Part shown: one piece after another, positions 61,813 to 64,000 of the stretch | Position numbering within the stretch: position 1 is the first letter of the stretch | Layout of the letters: the number at the start of each line of letters is the position of its first letter | Source: Nitrososphaeria archaeon | Lineage (GTDB): Archaea > Thermoproteota > Nitrososphaeria > JACIWG01 | DNA: 64,000 bases | Assembly: GCA_963752255.1 (NCBI GenBank) | Contig: CAVVXT010000019.1 | Location: 32,001 to 96,000 of the forward strand | Reading direction: 5' to 3' | Made by a program: the position numbers and the translations under genes | Notes under the pieces: model-generated | The model's input: only the letters and a program-made list of their open reading frames with translations | Database searches by the model: none | What the model was told of the DNA's origin: nothing

Positions 61813-63276
61813 ATGGAACACTTAAAGTTTACAAGGAGCCTGTGCCCCATATGTTTTAACGTCATTCCAGCGGAGCTGTTTGCTGAGAACAACGTTGTAT
61901 ATATGAGAAAGAAGTGTGAAGAACACGGGGAATTTGAAGATATTTACATGTCAGATTACAGATGGTATAAGAGAGCTCAGCGTTTCGAGCGACTAGGTGG
62001 AGGAATAAGTAATCCTAGAACAAGAAGGAAGATAGGTTGCCCGCGCGACTGTGGCATATGTAATGAACACAAATCCCAAACTCTCCTAGGCATAATTGAT
62101 GTCACAAACGCATGTAACCTCAGATGTCCGATATGTTTTGCAAACGCTGCCGCAGTAGGATACCTCTATCAACCAACTTTGGAACAGATTAAAGGAATGC
62201 TTGATAATCTGTACCATAACACGCCCGTTCCAACATTAGCTGTTCAACTTAGTGGTGGTGAACCAACTTTAAGGGATGACCTACCGGAAATAATAAGTTA
62301 TGCGGGGAAGATAGGCATACCCCATGTTGAGGTCAACACGAATGGTGTGAGGATAGCCAGGGACGTTGACTATCTTAAGAAGCTTATAGAGGGGGGAGTC
62401 AGCACTTTTTACCTTTCGTTTGACAGTTTGACAAAGGAAGCTTATTTGAAGATGAAAGGTGCCGATCTACTTGACTTAAAGCACAAGGCTTTACAGAATA
62501 TTCGAGAAGCTGGTTTCCACAGCGTAGTGCTTGTGCCAACCATTGTAAAGGGGATAAACGACAGTGAAATAGGTTCAATTATAGAATTCGGTATAAAAAA
62601 CAGCGACATAGTGAGGTGTGTGAACTTCCAGCCAGTATCTTTTGCAGGCAGGATAGAGACTTCAAAGTTGAAGGAATTCAGAGTGACAACTTCAGATATA
62701 ATAAACAACGCTGAAAAACAGACGTACGGTAAGATTAAAATGGATGACTGGTATCCAGTTCCCTTCATTGCACCAATATCGGATTTCATAGCTGGATTGA
62801 AAGGGGAACCTCAACCAACTTTTACCGTTCACCAGAATTGTGGCGCAGCGACATTCTTGGTCGCAGAGGATAATGGTAACAGCTACGAGCCTGTGACCAA
62901 ATACGCGAATGTAGAAAGATTCGTGCAAGACTTATCAAAGGCAGCGGTGGCGCTGCAATCAGGTAAAAGGACGCAGGGGAAACTTAGAGCCGCTTCCGCA
63001 CTTAGACACGTCAGTCTAGGGCTGTCTACTTCATTAGTAAAAGGCTTTCTTTCAAACGGGACCTACAATTCGCTTGGTAAGTTCATGAGAAAAATAGTAA
63101 TGGTTGGCGACATGCACTTTATGGACCCATACAACTTTGACCTTGAAAGGGTTGAGAGATGCGGAATTCATTACGCAACGCCTGACGGAAGAATAATACC
63201 CTTCTGCACAATGAACACGCTCTACAGACCAGAAATTGAGAAGGCTTTTTCTATAGCGTACAATAAGAAAGAATAA
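61813..63276 (+). CDS. tes: tetraether lipid synthase Tes (MJ0619-like radical SAM)
   Basis: N-terminal CPIC..C..H, CPRDCGIC, CNLRCPIC, NFQPVSF.GR, HFMDPYNFD.ER..RC.IHY..PDGRIIPFC. Confidence 0.9.
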   Translation: MEHLKFTRSLCPICFNVIPAELFAENNVVYMRKKCEEHGEFEDIYMSDYRWYKRAQRFERLGGGISNPRTRRKIGCPRDCGICNEHKSQTLLGIIDVTNACNLRCPICFANAAAVGYLYQPTLEQIKGMLDNLYHNTPVPTLAVQLSGGEPTLRDDLPEIISYAGKIGIPHVEVNTNGVRIARDVDYLKKLIEGGVSTFYLSFDSLTKEAYLKMKGADLLDLKHKALQNIREAGFHSVVLVPTIVKGINDSEIGSIIEFGIKNSDIVRCVNFQPVSFAGRIETSKLKEFRVTTSDIINNAEKQTYGKIKMDDWYPVPFIAPISDFIAGLKGEPQPTFTVHQNCGAATFLVAEDNGNSYEPVTKYANVERFVQDLSKAAVALQSGKRTQGKLRAASALRHVSLGLSTSLVKGFLSNGTYNSLGKFMRKIVMVGDMHFMDPYNFDLERVERCGIHYATPDGRIIPFCTMNTLYRPEIEKAFSIAYNKKE

Positions 63277-63281
63277 GATAG

Positions 63282-64000
63282 CTACCGTCTAATTCTGCCC
63301 AAGACTATCGCACACCCAATCATGACAATGATAGCGATAATGATAGGAATCAAGTATCTCGCGGTCAAATTTTCTGAAACTGTTAAAGACAGCGACGTCG
63401 GAAGTGAAGTAATGGTTTCACCTTTGAAGCTATAATATATCTTTGTCGTATTAATCTGATAGGCTCTAGGTGATGAAGAAGACATATATAGAATGCTTGA
63501 TTCCTGCTTTCCTCCTTCAAGGGTTGAAATCTGAACCGTATCCGATCCATTGAGTATTTTAAATTGCGAAGGTAACAGCACCTTGTACGAGATATTATTT
63601 ACTGTAACATTTGCGACGTTGTTTGTTGTTACCTCTATTTTAATAGGCTTTCCTTCAACAGCCTCACCAACTTGGTTCAATGTTACCTGCGGAGGTGAAT
63701 AAGATGTTACAAGAATTGTCTGAGAGCTTACGTTCATGCTTCTTCCTGCAAAGAAGAACGTGGCGTTAGATGAAATATCGTTTGTACCGACACCGTTGAA
63801 CATAAGGTTAAAATCGATTTTTTCTTGTGAGCCTGCTCTCATAAGAGCAGTTGTAAAGTTAGAGGATGTTACCGTAAGATTGGGACCAGTGTTCAGTTGC
63901 GTTTCTAACCTGAACACATTTTGGTCTCCATTATTGTTAACTACATAATATCCTGTTGTATTATACGTAGCGAAAGCGGCCCTATCTGCCAAGTTAAGTG
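63282..64000 (-). CDS. C-terminal part of a surface protein with Ig-like/BatD-like domain and C-terminal TM
   Basis: Beta-rich S/T/N sequence ending in a TM helix + RIRR; open to window end. Confidence 0.75.
   Translation of the reverse strand, partial: LNLADRAAFATYNTTGYYVVNNNGDQNVFRLETQLNTGPNLTVTSSNFTTALMRAGSQEKIDFNLMFNGVGTNDISSNATFFFAGRSMNVSSQTILVTSYSPPQVTLNQVGEAVEGKPIKIEVTTNNVANVTVNNISYKVLLPSQFKILNGSDTVQISTLEGGKQESSILYMSSSSPRAYQINTTKIYYSFKGETITSLPTSLSLTVSENLTARYLIPIIIAIIVMIGCAIVLGRIRR

Overview
Archaeal DNA, probably from a TACK lineage (Bathyarchaeia/Nitrososphaeria-like gene style; this is inference). About 50.2-64 kb is intact housekeeping sequence: Trm5-like MTase, ABCE1, SplB-like radical SAM, NreA, GGGP synthase, type II PanK-like kinase plus ECF S-component, NAPRTase, pyrF and tetraether synthase Tes. 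About 1.7-50.2 kb is a mosaic accessory region with five main parts. (1) A type I-B CRISPR interference cassette (cas6-cas8b-cas7-cas5-cas3, no cas1/2/4) enclosed by a 181-bp inverted repeat made of leader plus first repeat, with two outward-facing arrays. (2) An intact module of orc1/cdc6, wHTH, HTH, radA, a Walker-dead RadA paralog fused to an arCOG07300-like domain, a standalone arCOG07300-like protein and an exonuclease-dead but catalytically intact PolB2. It resembles a self-contained damage-inducible 'mutasome' and has a duplicated promoter. (3) A tungstate/molybdate uptake cluster with a ModE-like box. (4) An ars cluster. (5) A fused type IIB topoisomerase (Topo VIII-like). Orphan tRNA 3'-end fragments, several next to a shared palindrome, are scattered through the region and look like relic att junctions. 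No integrase or complete tRNA was seen. About a dozen single-base frameshifts occur only in accessory genes and may be decay or assembly error. All calls come from reading motifs by eye; no database searches were run.
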